From NCBI RefSeq assembly GCF_009914755.1, contig NC_060930.1: a stretch of DNA of 64,000 nt; one strand, 5' to 3'. Every line of letters starts with the position of its first letter. Positions within the stretch are counted from its first letter, which is position 1. A program made the translations under genes and the position numbers. Origin of the DNA: the human T2T-CHM13v2.0 reference genome, Homo sapiens. The notes under the pieces are model-generated. The model did not search any database and was not told where the DNA came from. It saw nothing but the letters and a program-made list of their open reading frames with translations. Below are positions 14,927-30,583 of this stretch, one piece after another.

Positions 14927-16622
14927 TTGGAAATCCTTGTAGGCTATAGAAAATTACAGAAGCATAAGGCACTAATATTAGCTTATCTGGCTGCCTATAG
15001 CTTCTAAATTCATAATTTTCCTGACTCCTGCCTCTTCTCTTTTACTCTGTTTTCCTTTAGAATCAACACAATAATGTATTTTGTAACGTCTTCAGTTTGA
15101 AAAGGGACCTATTTTCCCTTCTTTAGAAAAACTTGAAAAGCAAATTTATAATTCTTAAGGATTATTCTATATAGTGCTTATGCTTACACCACAAATTCCA
15201 TTTTTTGAAACTTCTTTATCAAACATAAATATGAAATTATCACTTTCTTGCTCATTAGACTCAGAAACTCAGATTAGTGAATTCTATAATTTGAATCCCT
15301 TTGAATCTAGCAAAAATTTTGGATACTAGCACCAAATATGTTGTTCATTTATCACTCTTTTAGTACAGATTGACACCCTCCACCACTTTATTGCTTACCC
15401 AACCAATATTAGAGAGTAATGTGTTTAAGTACTTTCCAAGCGATTTCACATGAAAACCACCTAAGAAAACCTCTTTATCTAATCAATAACCTCTCTGGGC
15501 ACATGAACACAGTTTGGCCTACTTTAAAGTGGAGAAAATTAATACAAATAAGAGTGTGCCGCAAATTTAGTCTTGTAATATTTACATCTAGTTAAAAATA
15601 ATTTAGAATTTTCCTTTAAGCCAATTAAAAAAATATTCTCAAGAGTAATCTAAAGAGGATCAAAGTCCACTTAATGTAATGAGACAATATGCCCATTATA
15701 AACTGTCAGATGATAAGAAACTGGTCTGGGCTTAAAGGTGAATGACATTTAGATATTTATTGTTTATGGCAGCAGCCTTTGAAGCCAAATGCAGGACTCT
15801 TAATTAGAGTGCAATAAGCACAGGGTACAAGAGGAAACTATCAAAGCTGCTAATTCTTAAATCTAAAAGCAAGAAAAAAGGCTTTCTTAAATCTTCAGAC
15901 ATACATTGCTCCCATCCCTTGGTGCTTCTGTGAAAGGTGACACACAAGAGATGCTAGAGATTCTTGCAGAGACTCCACAATAAGAAGTTGGCAATGGGAC
16001 CCTCACTGTTCTACAGCTTTCAGAGGCTTTTGATGTATTGCGGATTATGAGTTATAGAGTGCCACCAATGCAATTAATTTTAAAATCCAAAACCTTTGCA
16101 CAGTAGAATTATTACATTATCACAATACTTTGTAAAGAGCTGGACAGTGACCACAATAATATCTGCACCAAACAGATTTTTGGATTGTCTTGAGGCAAAG
16201 TATTTAATCAAGAGTTGTCATTTCACAAAATAGAAAGGTATCCCCACATTTGCTGATTTTTTTTCTGTGACAAGTGGTTGTCAGCAAGTATGCTTCCTAC
16301 CAGATAATTTGAAAAGAAGAAAACAACACACTTGATCTCCCACTTCAAGATAAAGGAGGTGACAATTTAACAATAGAACAAATCTGCATTTTGAAAGAAA
16401 CTCATTCTAAGAAAAGATTACTTGGAAACTAAATTTAATGAAAATATTTGTGAAAGTGGTTCACCTTTAAAATTCATGTTTGCATTTAACTTAAAAATTG
16501 AGTTTTTCTACCTTATTTTAAAATCTTCCAGAGGAAAAGTTTCAGGAGTTTCTGAACTCATTTTTAAGAATTGTGTTTGTATATGTGTGTGTGTATGTAT
16601 GCAAAATAAACATTAAAAAAAA

Positions 16623-16918
16623 TTTTTTTTTTTGAGAGACAGGGTCTCACTCTGTCACTTAGGCTGGAGTGCAGTCTTACAATCATGGCTCACTGCAGTC
16701 TTGATCTCCTGGACTCAAGCAATCTTTCCACCTCAGCCTCCCGAGTAGCTGAGACTACAGGCATGTGCCACCATGCCCGGCTAATTTTTGAAATTTTTTG
16801 TAGAGACGAGGTCTTGCTTTGTTGCCTAGGCTGCTGTTGACCTCCCAGGCTCAGGCAATCCTTTTGCCTCGGCCTCCAAAGTACTGAGATGACAGAGTAT
16901 GAGTCACCACACCCAGCC
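16623..16918 (-). mobile_element. AluJ
   Basis: J-type dimer. Confidence 0.92.
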
Positions 16919-18049
16919 ACATAATTCTACATATTAAAAATTATACATTTAAAAAATTTACATACGGGGATACCTCATTTTACTGCACTTTGCTTTATTG
17001 CACTTCACAGATACTGTGTTTTTTACACATTGAAGGTCTGTGGCAACCCTGTGTCAAGTCTATTGGTGCCATTTTTCTAACAGCCTGTGCTCACGTTGTG
17101 TCTCTGTCAAGTTTTGGTAATTCTTCCAACATTACAGACTTTGTCATTATGATGATATCTGTTATGGTGATCTGTGATCAGATGGTACAATTCTAAGTGT
17201 TTTAGGGTGCCACCAACCACGTCCACATAAAATGATGAACTTAACTTGTAAGCATGTGTGTTCTGAGCTGCTCCACTGACCAGCTGTTTCGCATTTCTCT
17301 CCCTCTCCTCAGGACCTTCCATTCCTTGAGATACTACAATATTGGAATCAGGCCAATTAATAACCCAACAATGGACTCTGAGTGTTCACATGAAAGTGAG
17401 AATCGCATGCCTCTCACCTTAAATCAAAAGCCTAGAAATGATTAAGTTTAGTGAGGAAGGCATATCAAAAGTGAAAACAGAACAAAAGCTATGCCTCTTG
17501 TGCCAAACAGTTAAAGGAAATTAAAAGCTCCAGCGAAATCATGAATGATAAGAACGCAAAACAGCCTTATGGCTATATGGAGAAAGTTTTAGGTGGTGTG
17601 GACAGAAGATCACACCAACCACAACATTCTCTTAAGCCAAAACCTACTCCAGAGTAAGGCCCTAACTCTCTTTAATTCTACGAAGACTGACAGAAGTGAA
17701 GAATCTGTACAACAAAAGTTTGAAGCTAGCAGAGGTTGGTTCATGAAGGTGAAGAGAAGAAGCTGTCTCTGTAACATAGAAGTGCAAGGTGAAGCAGCAA
17801 GTGCTAGAAGTGCAGAAGACTTGGCTAAGACTACCGCACTAAAATGTGTTAGTGGCCACACTAACACATTTTCAATGTAGATGAAACAGCCTTCTGCTGG
17901 AAGAAGATGCCATCTAGGATTTTCATAGCTAGAGAGGAGAAATCATTGCCTAGCTTCAAAGCTTCAAAGGACAGGCTGACTCTCCTGTTAGGGTCTAAAT
18001 GCAGCTGGTGACTTTATGATTCCAGAAATCCTAGGGCCCTTAGGAATTA

Positions 18050-18356
<307 letters not shown>

Positions 18357-18630
18357 GAATTATGCTAAATCTGTTCTGCCTGTGCTCTATAAATGGAAGA
18401 CAAAAGCCTGGATGATAGCACATATATTTATAACATGGCTTACTGAATATTTAAAGCCCACTGTTGAGACCTACTGCTCAGACAAAAAGAATCTTTTCAA
18501 AATATTACTGCTCATTGACAATGCACCTGGTCACCCAAAAGCTTGGATGGAGATGTACAAGGAGATTAACGTTTTCATGCCTGCTAACATAATGTCTGTT
18601 CTGCAACTCATGGATTGAGGAGTAATTTTG

Positions 18631-18951
<321 letters not shown>

Positions 18952-19563
18952 TTATTATTTAAAAAGTACATTTCATTAGGCTATAGCTGCCATAGACAGT
19001 GATTCCTCTGATGGATCTAGGCAAAGCAAATTGAAAGCCTTCTGGAAAAGATTTGCCATTATAGATGCCATTAAGAACATTTGTAATTTATGGGAGGAAG
19101 TAAAAAAAAAATCAACATTAACAGGAGTTTGGAAGAAGTTGATTCTAACCATTCTAACCCTCCTGGATGACTTTGAGGGGTTCAAGACTTCAGTGGAGGA
19201 AGTAACTGCAGATGTGGTAAAATAGCAAGAGAACTAGAATTAGAAGTGGGGCCTGAAGACATGACTGAATTGCTACCATCTCATGATAAAACTTTCATGG
19301 ATGAGGAGTTGCTTCTTATGGAGGAGTAAAGAAAATGGTTTATTGAGATGGGATCTGGTGAAGACACTGTGCACACTGTTGAAATGACAACAAAGGATTA
19401 AGAATGTTACATAAACACAGTGATAAAGCAGCAGCAGGGTTTGAGAAGACTGACTCCAAATTGGAAAGAAGTTTTACCGTGTGGAAAATGCCATAAAAGA
19501 GTATCACATGTTACAGAGAAATCTTTCATGAAGGGAAGAATTAAAGCAGTAAACTTCATTATT

Positions 19564-19598
19564 GGCTAGGTGTGGTGGTGGCTCACACCTGTAATCCC
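19564..19598 (+). mobile_element. Isolated Alu 5' head (35 bp)
   Basis: ggctaggtgtggtggtggctcacacctgtaatccc, then an abrupt end. Confidence 0.85.
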
Positions 19599-21017
19599 TG
19601 GACCACACGGAACTCCCTCTCCTACATTTTTTTCAGCCCCACTGCGAGTTTGCGTCCGTGGTACTTTTAAGAGGGAGTCACTGCTGCCGTCAGTCAGTAA
19701 TACTTCCTCCTTTTTTGCTTTTTGGTTTTGTCTTGCGTTTCTTTTCTTCTCCTCTCCCTCTCCCTCTCCCTCTCTGGCTAAGGTCTAAATCAAACATAGT
19801 GTGGATGGCCCCTTGATGATTTCAGGAAATCTGGATGGGCACTATGCTGGCAGCAACCTGTATGAAGTCCTGAAATTCCATAATGATCCATTCTCTTGGG
19901 TGTAAAATATTGCTCAGCTCCTCAACTTTCTAGGTCCTGTCATAAATGTGATCTTTGTAAAACTGATACTACTTATTAGTCCTACTTTAACAAATAAGAA
20001 AATCCATGCTTAAACAAGGTATGTTGACTAATGGCTGGGTAGCATGCTACAATTTTTTTAAATAAAAAAAGATATGTGATCACACTTAAAAAGATAGAGT
20101 TATATTCAATAAAGCACAGCACTTTAAATACACACAGTTAGATGGACCTAGGCAAATATATGTAACTGTCACATTATTCTTAAAGTGATGGAAGCAAGAC
20201 TTACATCCCTGCTCTTTCTGCCTTTTCTTTTCTGCTGATTTTTCTTAAACACAGTCAGCACAGTTATAGGAATTGGCACTGTCAGATATTAAAAATTATG
20301 GCAAATATGTAATTCATAATTGATTCATTTTTCAATGTATAAAAAGGTACCATGCTGACTTTGTCCCCAAAGGGGACAAAGAGACAATAAGACAAGATAT
20401 TCTATAGTTCTCAGTGAAGAGATAACACCAAGGACACAGGACATAATAAAAGTAGAGATGAGAGAACACATAAGAACATGTAATTGTTTTGTCCATGGCA
20501 TACGGAAGACCTCTTGTAAAATTATATGCTCTAAGGGCTTTGCAAGTAGATTAATTGACCTTTGAAATAAACAAATGTAATCATATTTTAAAAGAAAGAA
20601 ACATACAAATTCATACTACTTGTATAATGAACTCGAACACAGCTATTTGAAATGATACCCATCTTAAAATGGCATATATAGTTTTTAATGTACTTTGGGG
20701 GGTTAGAATAGATTTATGCTTAAATTTTGAAAAACTGTTCACCATTATAGTAATTGCACAGGGTCTGTTTATTAATTTGTCACAATTAAGTCAATAAGAG
20801 CTTTACTAATGTCCTATTACTTGATCAGTTTTGAAAGTGATTATCTTAAGAACTTGACTTAATTGGAAGCCTCTCAATTTACAAGGTACATTAAACTCTC
20901 AGTAGCATCTTAAGATTATTCAACATATGCAGTAATCACTGTTTTGTACAAATGTTCCATAAAAACTATAGCATGACATGACAAAGAGGGGAAGCAAGAT
21001 TTAATTTATAATGTTAA

Positions 21018-21381
<364 letters not shown>

Positions 21382-22828
21382 TGAAACTGGGTCTATTATT
21401 AAAAGATGAATAAAGGAATCCTAACAATTCTCCACCTTATAGATGAAGATAATTTGTCATGATTGCTAAATCACCAAATTGCACTGCCTGTACTTACGCG
21501 CAGCTGCACATTAATTTCCAGATTTGTAAATTACAATTAATTCTCAGTATTGCTCCATCACTTTTTTTCTCTAGTTAATAAAAAGAACTGCAATTAATAA
21601 TTCTTCATCCCATTTTTCAGAACATATCAACTATAACTATTACTGCACAAGCAGGAAACATGGAGTAGTTAATGTATCCACTGAGACTGTGAGGCCTTTA
21701 AAACTATTGGCTGTAGCCTAAATATTTTATATTGACCCTCCAATTCCCAAAGATTCAATGTAGTTAGTTGAATATTTACAATGATTAACAATTATGAGGG
21801 CTGATAAAGTGCCTTGATACCTGCGCTGATTTTCAACCATGTATTCAAACTATTTCATAAATTTTAAAATTAAACTTTACTAATTAGATATTTGAAAGGT
21901 TTGTCCCACAATAACAACGTAAGACCAGTTTTGAGATTAATCACAGGAAAATTGATTGCTGGGTCATTAAAAACCTGGGGAATTCAATTCCTTGAAAAGA
22001 TTATTCCATTGTTAGCTTGTGAGGGAGGTATATGAATTTACGCATTCTGACTTGTTCCCAATCTAAGTTCTGTACACAGCATAAATTTCAAATTGCTGAG
22101 GCTGATTCGCAACCAATTGTGTGAACAGAGTGAACAAAGCTGAATCTGTAAAACACTAGTTCTGTGCATTTGAAAAACTTGAGATGAAAGCCACTTTGAA
22201 ATTGTTGCATTAAAATAACTATAATTGTCCTTACATGAAATTTTCCTGGTGAGTTAACTGCTTAAACTGTGGTAGATGCTATGGGAAAAGTAGTGGTCAT
22301 ATTTAACAATCCAGTCCCATCTGCTTTGAACCAAGGTTCTATTTGCCCAAAATTGAAGGGTGAGGAAGCCCTCTTAACAGACTTCCCACATACAAGTCAT
22401 TTAAAAAGGGATTTAAGCAACTCTCGGGATAAACTGCCTCTAAATTCTCTACACATCACCTTGGATAAATTTTTCCACTTTAATTATTCATATGCTACAA
22501 TTTACCCTTAAATTGTAGAACTTTCTGAAAGTATAGAAAAATATTTTAAAATATCTAATTTATTGTTGAGTAAAACGTGAACCTGGTCATTCCATTCATG
22601 TCAATTTCCTGCTCTTGCCCTATCAGAAACACAGCAGGAGCCTGAGCAGATGGAAATTCAAGGAAAAGGCGGGAGGGTGGGGTGCAGAAGAAATGAGGAC
22701 CGCTACAGCCTGTGTTCAGAGGCAGATATGGTCTGCTCCTGCCTTCAGAGAATAAAAAACACTTAAAAAACCCATTTACCTGAGTGTTAACTTCAATTAT
22801 GACCAGAGAAGTGGGAAGAAAGGAAACT

Positions 22829-22864
22829 GTTCAGGCATCCTGAGGTTCAGGCATCCTGAGGTTC
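22829..22864. repeat. 16-bp tandem duplication
   Basis: gttcaggcatcctgag, about 2.25 copies. Confidence 0.92.
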
Positions 22865-23614
22865 TTCAAATTCCTACCGCCTCACAATGCATGACTAAGA
22901 ACATCCTTTGTTCAGACTTCCTTGTCCGTAATGTCTCCATAAAGGTGGCTATACACAAAGTACATTTAAATTAAGTGTTGCTATCCTGTTATAACTGTCC
23001 ACTTGCAATAAATAAATGTCCTTAGTTTGGTCAAGGTATTGAGTGCCTGGCAGAGCTGTAGTGATCCAAAGTTTGGTGACAGGATTAAATGATCACAGAA
23101 GTGACCTCTGTTCCCTCCTGCTCATCTGGTGGGAGGGTAATCCCTGATTCTGCTTCATTCTTCACAGTACCCTTAGGTACAGGGCCAGGTTACCAGCTGT
23201 TTATAGTAAAGCCATTTTGCCTGAAGCTACAAAGTGTGACTTTATGGAAATAGCTTTACTTTTAAACAGTAACCCAGAAGTTTCTAATTAAAAATGCTTA
23301 TTTTTTCCCCTCTATGCTAAAAATGCCTAAAGTTTACTTTCTAGTCTCACTGGATTAAAAAAAAAGTACAAGGGGAAAAAGGACATGCAAACTCTGTTTG
23401 GGTAATTACTGCTTGGAATTGGCTGCTTTCCAGAAGAAGCAACAAACTGCTTAGAGTTAAGTGGAAACTTTGTGTAACTATTAATGAAAGTAAACAAATG
23501 ATAGAAACAGAACACAGGCCCTACTCCTGCTTCCCCAACAGTGGACCTGGCTGCCTCACTGAACGGCTCTGAGATTTAACTACATGGCTCTGATGGCTCA
23601 GTCATTTCTTATTA

Positions 23615-23814
23615 CAGTGGTTCTCAAAGTGTGGTCGTTGGGCAAGCAGCAGCAGCAGTAGCTTCCCCATCAGCTGGAATCTGGTTAGAAAAGCAAATTA
23701 TCAATTCTTAGTAAATACCTACAGAATCAGGCTCTCTGCTTATGATCCAGCAATGTTATGTTTTAATGATCTCTCCTGGCAATTGTTATATATTCTAAAG
23801 TTTGAGAAGCACTG
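23615..23814 (+). mobile_element. MER5A
   Basis: TIRs cagtggttctcaaa / tttgagaagcactg. Confidence 0.85.
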
Positions 23815-23979
23815 TTCTATTAAAGCTGGGTATTTTCAAAGTAATTTTCTAGGATTTTAAAATTTCAATAATTAAATTGACCATCAGTGAATAGGGAAAC
23901 GTTTTAAACCCAATGTTTTCAAATGCAACTGAGATGAGAAATAAAGCTAACCTCAGCATATAAATGCTGGATTTAAAAC

Positions 23980-24224
23980 AATGATTCTTGACCCTAGCTG
24001 AATATTAGAATGTCCTGGGAGGTTTTTAAAAAATGCCAGAATTTTATCCCCAAACCAATTGAAACAGACTGGGGGAAGGGAAAGATGAAGGCAGCAATTA
24101 TATGTGTGTGTGTGTGTGTGTGTTTGTGTATGTGTGTGTGTGTATGTGTGTGTGTGTATATGTGTGTGTATATATATATTAGAATCCCAGTTATTCTGAG
24201 GCATGGGAAAGTTGAGAGTCACTG
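23980..24224. mobile_element. MER5B-like element containing a (TG)n/(TA)n microsatellite at 24098-24179
   Basis: attagaatgtcctgggagg...ttgagagtcactg. Confidence 0.6.
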
Positions 24225-24303
24225 ATACAAAGCAACCAGAACAGTCAGACCCTTAGCAGAACAGTCCAAGAACTAGGAAACAGGGCTATGTGGCTATTTA
24301 TAA

Positions 24304-24346
24304 CAGACAGACAGACAGACACACACACACACACACACACACACAC
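24304..24346. repeat. (CAGA)n(CA)n compound microsatellite
   Basis: Directly visible in the sequence. Confidence 0.95.
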
Positions 24347-27300
24347 TTTCATAGACTGGGTTTGTACCACATTAATTAGGCACTAGCTAGCATGTAAGAC
24401 TTAGGATAAGAACATAACTCTGGATTGCCTCGCATCCTTTTAAAACCTAATCGGCTGAACAGTTCTAGTTTTTAGTACATAATTCACTAATAAATATAAT
24501 TTTAGGGAGCAAATTTAGTTTTGATCCTATAGGTTGGATCCCAAATAATTTAAAAAATAATAAAAGCTTGAGCACGGAGCCACCACTATCCTACATAAAC
24601 CACATTGAGACATTCTCTCCACACATCCAATTGGTTCCATCATCTCTTTTCTGCCAGAGGAAAATACAACTCCAGCTTGAACAGGTCAGGAGCACTGATA
24701 GCTTAAAAATGAAATGATGTCCACGAAAGGACATCAGAACCAAGTTAGTCAGTTCTAGATATATACTATTTTATCATATACCATATTCATATATTCTCTT
24801 TCATAATGAAATATTGAGAATAGAACCATAAATTAAGAAAAATTCCAATGTCCATCTGTTTCATAGCACTCTGCAAGGTTTAACCTTCTGCACATTAACC
24901 AGATTTCCATAAAAGCCTTATGAGGTCAAGATAGGCATTATTATTGCTATTATTTTAGTTTTACTTATGAAAAGTTAAGTGAATTTTCCAGAGACAGACT
25001 GCTAATAGCAGCTTTAACTATGGTAATAATATTCTAATGTTTGACATTAATAACTACATACCACTATTAAAATCTTAAAGTATTGTTGATTACTAGTTCC
25101 AGAAGACTACAAATGGCCAAATGAATTAAAATAGATAAAAGAGGGAAGTGGGGAACCCAATATTTAAAAAAAATCCAACTGGGGGAAGAAAAAGAAGCCA
25201 TAAAGAAGGTTAACTTAAAATACTTAGAAAGATGTAACTTCTTTTTAAAAAACTTTTCTACAGTTTCTAAACTTGTCTCTGACTTCTTAATAGATCCATA
25301 AAGTATATAAATAAAACATAAAGTGTAAGATGGAGCTCTGATTTTATACTCAGGCTTATATCACTGCTACAGAACATTTTTAGGATAATTAAGCAATATT
25401 TTTGCCTCATAGAATACTAGCACCATTAAATCAATTTGATCTTATGTTCAGAAAATTTGTTTATTGATATTTTCATATTATTTCTATTATATTAAAGTAT
25501 GGAATTGTATTCTGCTTCATTTGAAAATATAATATACTTCTTTCAAATCTGAAACCAGGAACTTTAAAAAACTGTTAGCAAATTTAATAATGCAGAAATT
25601 TATGCTTTAACTGTCAAGTAAAAACATAGGGAGATATAGGAAAACACTTTAACAATATTTAACCTATCAGATCATCTTTCATAGTTTGTGTTTATTAAAA
25701 TTAACCAACTATAATGTAATATTTAAACATTTTATACCACCAAAGTATTAATAAACCCAACAAGGGGGCTATCACCTTTTCTTAAAATATACACATTATA
25801 TGCTTCCCTAGGATAATCTTTCACTATTAGAAGACAGGCAGCTATGTACTATTCTTAATTAAAGCCCTATTTCAGTCAAAGTAGAGCAACCTGCAATTTA
25901 ATTATAATAATATAAACTGTAATGTAACCAATGACATCGTATGTATTTTCATCAGATAATTAGAATAGTCAGTAAATAAAGCTTTACAAAGCAGGAAATA
26001 AAACAGGTGAGGGGTTGTGCCTCATTCATCACCTCACTGACTAATGAGAGTCTGAATGAAGATCAGTCATTTCCTATACGCACCTTCATGGTGTGCAATA
26101 AAAGCACACACTGTAGACAGCTCTACTAAATGTAACACCAAGCAGGCGTCAGAAAAATCCATACAGAGAAGTGATAAAATAGTGTATAGCTAAAACTAAC
26201 TCATTTATCAAGAAAGACAGAAAAATTATTAGGAATGCCCAGACTGTATGCCCTGTGATAGAAATGAATAATGGGAACATTAACTACATTATTTTAAGAA
26301 CACACTTTAAAAAACCCAAAATCTAAGTCTACTCTACCTAGACTTGAATTACCTTTGCAAATACAGAAATGGTGAAATGCCTGATTTTACAAATCACAGA
26401 GGTAATTTTTCTGCTTCAAGTTCGAGAAAAAAAAGCATAGGCCTCTTGCTAATAGTAATAACAAGAATAGACACCAAACTTTGACATTTTCACATTAGAG
26501 AAATTGAGTTCTACCAAAACCTAATATTAGAAAGGCAATGATTTTCTTTTAGCAGAGGTGTGTAACTTATGCATTCTCATTCTATGATCATATTGGTGAA
26601 GGAAACATGTTAGTCTAGTGAGGAACTGTATAGCATCTAGGTTATTAAATGAGTACTTTCCATTAAATCACAATTTCAGAATCTATTGAATTAAGAATTC
26701 TTATTGGATTAACAATTTAAATAGATGTGGCAGAAAAGACAATTAAAATTTTTTTTTCTGAACCGCTTTTGGGATAGAGTTCCTCATGTAGTATATGAGT
26801 GAATTATTTAGGTTCTCTGCATATATTCAGCTTGCACAAATACTGAAATACAACTTGACTTATTGATGTTTTGTCTCCAAATACATAAACCTCCCCAATT
26901 CAAAATGCTGCTTGCTTCAAATTCAACCTGGTGAGTTCTTATTATCTCTCCTTGGTCCATCTTAGGTTTGTCAATTACATGTGTGAGTGTGTAACACACA
27001 AAAATAAATTCTGCTTTACCAACCAGGCTGTGAGTCCCCTGAGGGAAAGAACATGTCTGTTATCTTCTTGAATAAAGTGAAGAGAAGTAGAAACTCTTCC
27101 CAGGACTTAGTAAGAAATCTTTATCACAGGAGAGACTCAAATAAATGCTTAGTTTTGACAAAGAAAAGGTAAAGAAACCAATTATCTTTAGGCAATAACC
27201 AGAATACCAGAGGAATGTGAACAGATAATACCAATAAGTTCACACTGTTGTTAACATAGAGATGTTGACAAAGAGACACATTCAAAATTGAGAGGGAAGA

Positions 27301-29484
27301 GCAGAATTATGATATTACAGCCAGCACATTCAGTGTCTCTCCAGTGGTAATTCTTGCCAAGAGTTTCAAAGCCAGTCAACAATGAATGCACAGCTAGTCT
27401 AAAAAGCATCTTTAAGCCCTCCTTTTTTCTTCTCCTGGGCAGCTTTCTACATTCTCTTATTCTGAGAAGGTAATTAAGAAAATATGATTTTGCCAGATAT
27501 ATGTTTCCCCACTCCTTTGAAACTTTTGCTGGTGACAGCCTTCCAAAACTACGAAAGCAGCTCTAGGCCAGCTGTTCCCTATACCTTGGACCATACTGTG
27601 AAAATAAAGTGATTCGCAAAACAGTATATATGTACAAATGACACCAACAGCACATTTTGAAAAGTAATCTTGTAGATAAATATGAAATGTCGCTTCTTGC
27701 CCTACAGGAAAACTTAAGATGATAAATCAGTCTCACAGCTGGAAGTACAGCTGATTCAAGGAGTGTACTTGATTAGGCAAAGGAACAGGGGGAATTTTAG
27801 TGAACTAATATCACTATTAATTTTGCCAGTGCTTATTGTGTGAATTTGGGTAAGTCACTGGTATTTAGTAAATGGGATTGAGAGTGGATACAATATATAA
27901 TTAAAAATTCATGCATGTTGCCAAGAAGAAATTATTATCAGCTGCCAAATGGTTGCTCAATTTCATCCAGTTTAACTTCAAAACATCAGTGAATACATAA
28001 ATGAAAATGACACATTATTTTTCACCACATGCAATTTTTCTGTAATCTCTGAAATTAAATAAATTCTAATGTAAAATACTGCGCAAAATGAAGTCTTATA
28101 AAAAATTTGAATGCCCTGGTTAATAAATTCTTGACAGACATAGGTATGAAAGATACTAGAGGATTTAGTAATTTAATAAATTAAGTATTTATGTACTGAA
28201 AAATATCTCCATGGTACACTAAGGATAGATTTAACTAAGGAAAAATCTACTTGGCAGTTGGAAATAAACAGTAAAGTTAAATATATTTCAAAATAGTATA
28301 TTTTGAATTCCAATTTCTTATGCTTATTTCAAGGGAGGCCAGTACTAATTAAGCAATATCAGCATCTCATAAAAATGGACTCGACTTTTGCAAAGATGTA
28401 GCCCACACCTCTATTAGATTTAGTAGGCCTTTCTCCAATTTCATTACCTTCCAGGAAACGAGAGAAACTAGCTTCACAGAATTTAAGAGAAGGCTGGAGT
28501 GATCATCTGCTCTAGGATTGTAAACTGGCGGTCATTGGTGGTCTTCCATTGTACTGTTAGCTTTTGGAAATTGTGTAAAAATCCATGTAGTCAGGAATAT
28601 GCACTTTATGAGAGGCATATGTTCATCGGAATCTGAAAGTGGTCTGTGAACCCCAAAATGTTCACAAAGTAACTACTGAGTTCACCTACCTTCCTGGTTA
28701 CAAATTAGCCAAGAGAGTTTAAATGACTGCTGCAAGACAAACCTCGAGTAGCTGTAAAGACCTAGATTCAGGTCTTTTGATAACCAATTAGTTTAGTGTA
28801 CTACTATGCCCATAACACTTTTCTCAGTAGGGAAAAAAATGAGTTAATTGTGCACGGTGCTTTTGTGACCAGATCTTGTTTTAGGTAAGAGAGTAGTATC
28901 TTGGTCAGAATACTACCTATAAATACAAATTCTGAAGATATAAAAGGTAAGAAAGAAGGTCTACAGGAGTCAAATACTCATGGGCCTCCAAACACAAACC
29001 AAGCTGCTTCCAAGCCAAGCTCAGAGCCACCCCTGCATTAAGGCCCTACAGTACATGTATGATCTTCAAGCTGACAGAGAAAGCCTGAGGACCCTTAAAG
29101 GAAGAACAGATCCTGAGGCATCACATTCTGCAATAGAGAACGATTAATATCTCAGTTTAACATGGCCCAGAGGTGTGAACTCTCCCCACCCCACTCCCCA
29201 CACCTATAGATAGGTACAGGATGATTTCAAGGTGTAGATATATAATATACAAATGAAACTAAAGCATGGCATCTCACAAATTTGTTAAAGGAAAAATAAA
29301 ATAAACTGATTAATTTCATGGTTTTATGATTAATATTTGGACAGAATGTCACTAAAATAAATAATTAGGAAGAAATGTGCATTAATCTTGCCAAACCATG
29401 CTATGCATTCTCTTGGTGTTTCTAAACCAGAAAGCTGTTTCATTTGTACATATGCATCGATGTGCGTATAGACATCTAAGTACA

Positions 29485-29620
29485 TATTCTAGCTCTACCA
29501 TTTACTTACTGTATGATATTAGGTAAATTAATTAATCTCTCTGTGACTAGAGCTTCCTATTGGTAAAATGGAGATAACAGCATTGACCTTACTGGGTTGT
29601 TGTGAGGATAATATGTGGTA
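29485..29620 (+). mobile_element. MIR
   Basis: ctagctctaccatttac...gtaaaatggagataac...gggttgttgtgaggat. Confidence 0.75.
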
Positions 29621-30460
29621 AGAGGACTAAAGAGCCCATCACATTTTATAGTGACAATAATAGCTATCATCACTGTCTCATCATTATCACAGAGAGGTAC
29701 AGGCAATTAATAACTTATGGGCAGGAAGGCGTTAAGAAGGAAGCTTAAGACAAAATCGTTTATTAATGAAATGCTTAAGTTATGAAAACTCCAACTACTC
29801 TCTGGGAGAACACCAGAAAGTCTGTTCAGCCTGGGATGTGTGTGTGTGTGTGTCTTTTCCAATTGGAGCCACATTCTCAAGAACTTGGCATATCAGGGTT
29901 CTCCACCAAAGAGGATGAGAAGGTTGGATTGATCTGGGTGAGTGCATTGGCTGCCTTCCCTTCTTACAACTGGGGGCTGGGTAACCACAGGTGCTCCCAG
30001 TCTCCGTTATACCAGCTGCTTTTATGGGGGATCTGATTAGGCCAAATATTGTATTTCTGCCATATTTCTGACCAGTAGCTGAACTTAAATAAAGGTTCTT
30101 AGGAATTTGCTTCTTTGGAAGTGAAATGCTTTGATGACAATTAAAAGATAACGGGACTCTTTTGGTATTTATGGAGACAGTATCATTGATGCAAAGTCAC
30201 TATGAAACAGTGTAAACCTCCAATCGTGTCTGGCCTGAATGACTCTGTTGAGGTCACGCCATCCCACAATGGGGACATATCTGAGGCTATGGAACACTGA
30301 AAAGCTAATAGCTGCCAACAAAAAGACAGATCTCAAGACTCCCAGTGGAGTCTGTTAGTCACCAGTATCATATAAGTAATTATCTATCTAATGTATACTT
30401 ATTAGGCAACAATCTGGAATATTTCACCTTAAAACATGTTGTTGAAAATGAAGAGTTTTA

Positions 30461-30583
<123 letters not shown>

